DNA of 52,465 bases, the filler included, from Catajapyx aquilonaris (lineage: Eukaryota): the NCBI GenBank assembly GCA_000934665.2. It is 3 parts of 3 records of this genome, joined end to end, with 100 filler letters (N's around TTAATTAATTAA, not from the genome) between each part and the next. Parts side by side here need not be neighbours in the genome. Positions count along the whole stretch, not along the records: positions 35,080 to 52,465 come from JYFJ02006961.1; 2 more parts are not named here. One strand, given 5' to 3'. Position numbers and translations under genes: made by a program. Below, piece by piece: positions 48,382 to 52,465 of this stretch. The first letter of the stretch is position 1; each line of letters opens with the position of its first letter. The notes under the pieces are model-generated. The model worked only from the letters and a program-made list of their open reading frames with translations. It was not told the DNA's origin and made no database searches.

Positions 48382-49332
48382 GGTCCCAGGCTGGCCCTCC
48401 CCTCTGCAGCTGCTGTACTATATCACTCTCGGTCCTCGCAGTCCTCCTCAGGCCACGGCGCTTCAGACTCTCTGGTTGTCACTCGTTCTTCGGAGTTCAG
48501 ACCGAAATCATAGATGGAAAGTATTGCAGAGAACTGCAGTGCCCCGATTTCCCCTACTTTTTATCTACTTTCAACATTGCACGTTAGTCGGCGCTGTTCC
48601 TTTGACAAAGAAGTATGGCGCCACTACGCGGCCAGTTTCAGAACCATCTTCGTAGCACTATTCCAATAACTTGATGTCACATAGGCAACCTCGCCCTGTC
48701 GACGTCACACTCGGAATAACCAAGTAGTTTCATTACTGGCCGCTAGATGTCGCCTAGTCTAGCACGCTGCAGTCAGCGCTATCCAACGGCGAACATGCAA
48801 ACCTGAGGTGGGAATTCGGGTGTGGGAAGGTAACATCCTAGAGCCAAATTGGCTCTCTTTTTTCTTATCTCAATGCACACAGTATTGCCAACACGCTTTT
48901 GAAGCAGAGCGCAGTAACCCCCAGGATAGCCAATCCCTCTTGAAACCCAATTAACTCTTCGTGCTGCAGCCACACTCTGATTTCAACGTGTCAGGTGCGC
49001 AATTCGAGTGCCATTGTAAAGCGAGTGCTGGGTTGCATAAAAAATAGATTGGATCTCTCCCATGCATCGAGAGAAGGTGCTTCCCACCCTCCGGCCTCCT
49101 CCCTTCCCTTCCCCCCCTCCCTGCCACCACCACCACATCTCCTCCCTCCGCACATAATAAGCCAGGCGAGGCAGCAGCGACTCAGGCGGGCGGACACACT
49201 CTCTCTGCGATAGACCATCCATCCACTGCAGCCAGCCCAGGACCAGCCCCCTTGCAAGGCGAAGGTGCCCGACCCGCCCATACACAGCAGACCGTGGGAA
49301 GAGCTGTGTGACGGTACCCTACCCATGGGAAG
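48382..49332. promoter_or_regulatory. Divergent promoter/5'UTR region between RPB11 and ERK
   Basis: 951 bp separate the two head-to-head ATGs. The region is CpG-rich, with a CTCF-like TGGCCGCTAGATGTCGCC at 48737-48754 and C-rich tracts at 49080-49150. Confidence 0.7.
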
Positions 49333-52073
<2,741 letters not shown>

Positions 52074-52465
52074 TGACCATGATACATACCACTGCCATAG
52101 AAATGAGAGTGAAAATATGGACATTCCTAGTGCATTATGTGGGATGCAAAAAAATGAAGTTTGCTACTTTGATGTCCGACATTTGACTTCTCCGAGACAT
52201 AGATAAATGGGTGTGTCATTTGAGTAGGAAAAACCTAGAACTCCACACCGGAGGCTAAGTAACAACACCCTGCTGGTGATCTCTTGAAAGGTCGACCTGA
52301 GCCATGCACTCACAGTCTGCCCAGTCATTTGATAGACATTTGTATGCAACTGCACAGCTAATAACATAATTGTATTCATGACTGAAATAGTCTTGAGTGA
52401 ATTATCAGGTATTATATGTTTATGGGGTTTGGAGAGCCCCTTCATGCCAGTCAAGGTCAGTGGCC

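Overview
Eukaryotic, most likely arthropod, genomic scaffold window made of three contigs joined by two artificial 100-bp gaps (17405-17504, 34980-35079). (1) 1-17.4 kb is a transposon graveyard. It holds a fossil Sola2-like DD(D/E) transposase broken by four nested insertions with perfect TSDs, plus LINE fragments, three tRNA-derived SINE families, Tc1/mariner, hAT, piggyBac and Harbinger-type MITEs, and a Helitron. (2) 17.5-35 kb is TE-poor and apparently non-coding, with promoter/enhancer-like motifs. (3) 35.1-52.5 kb is gene-dense: the 3' 13 exons of a CLIP-170/CLIP-190 homologue (+), a complete 4-exon RPB11/POLR2J (-), and the first six exons of ERK/MAPK1 (rolled) (+), head-to-head with RPB11. 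The best second-look items are a hidden in-frame terminal exon that would end a short CLIP isoform in an acidic-aromatic tail (DADEEDDGYF*), a stop-containing CLIP micro-exon, an overlapping uORF and a GC-AG intron in ERK, a fixed-spacing NRF1-CCAAT module present twice, a template-switch inverted duplication around a MITE, and a non-autonomous retroelement with a structured RTE-like head. All calls were made by eye without database searches. No unambiguous new biological system is demonstrated.
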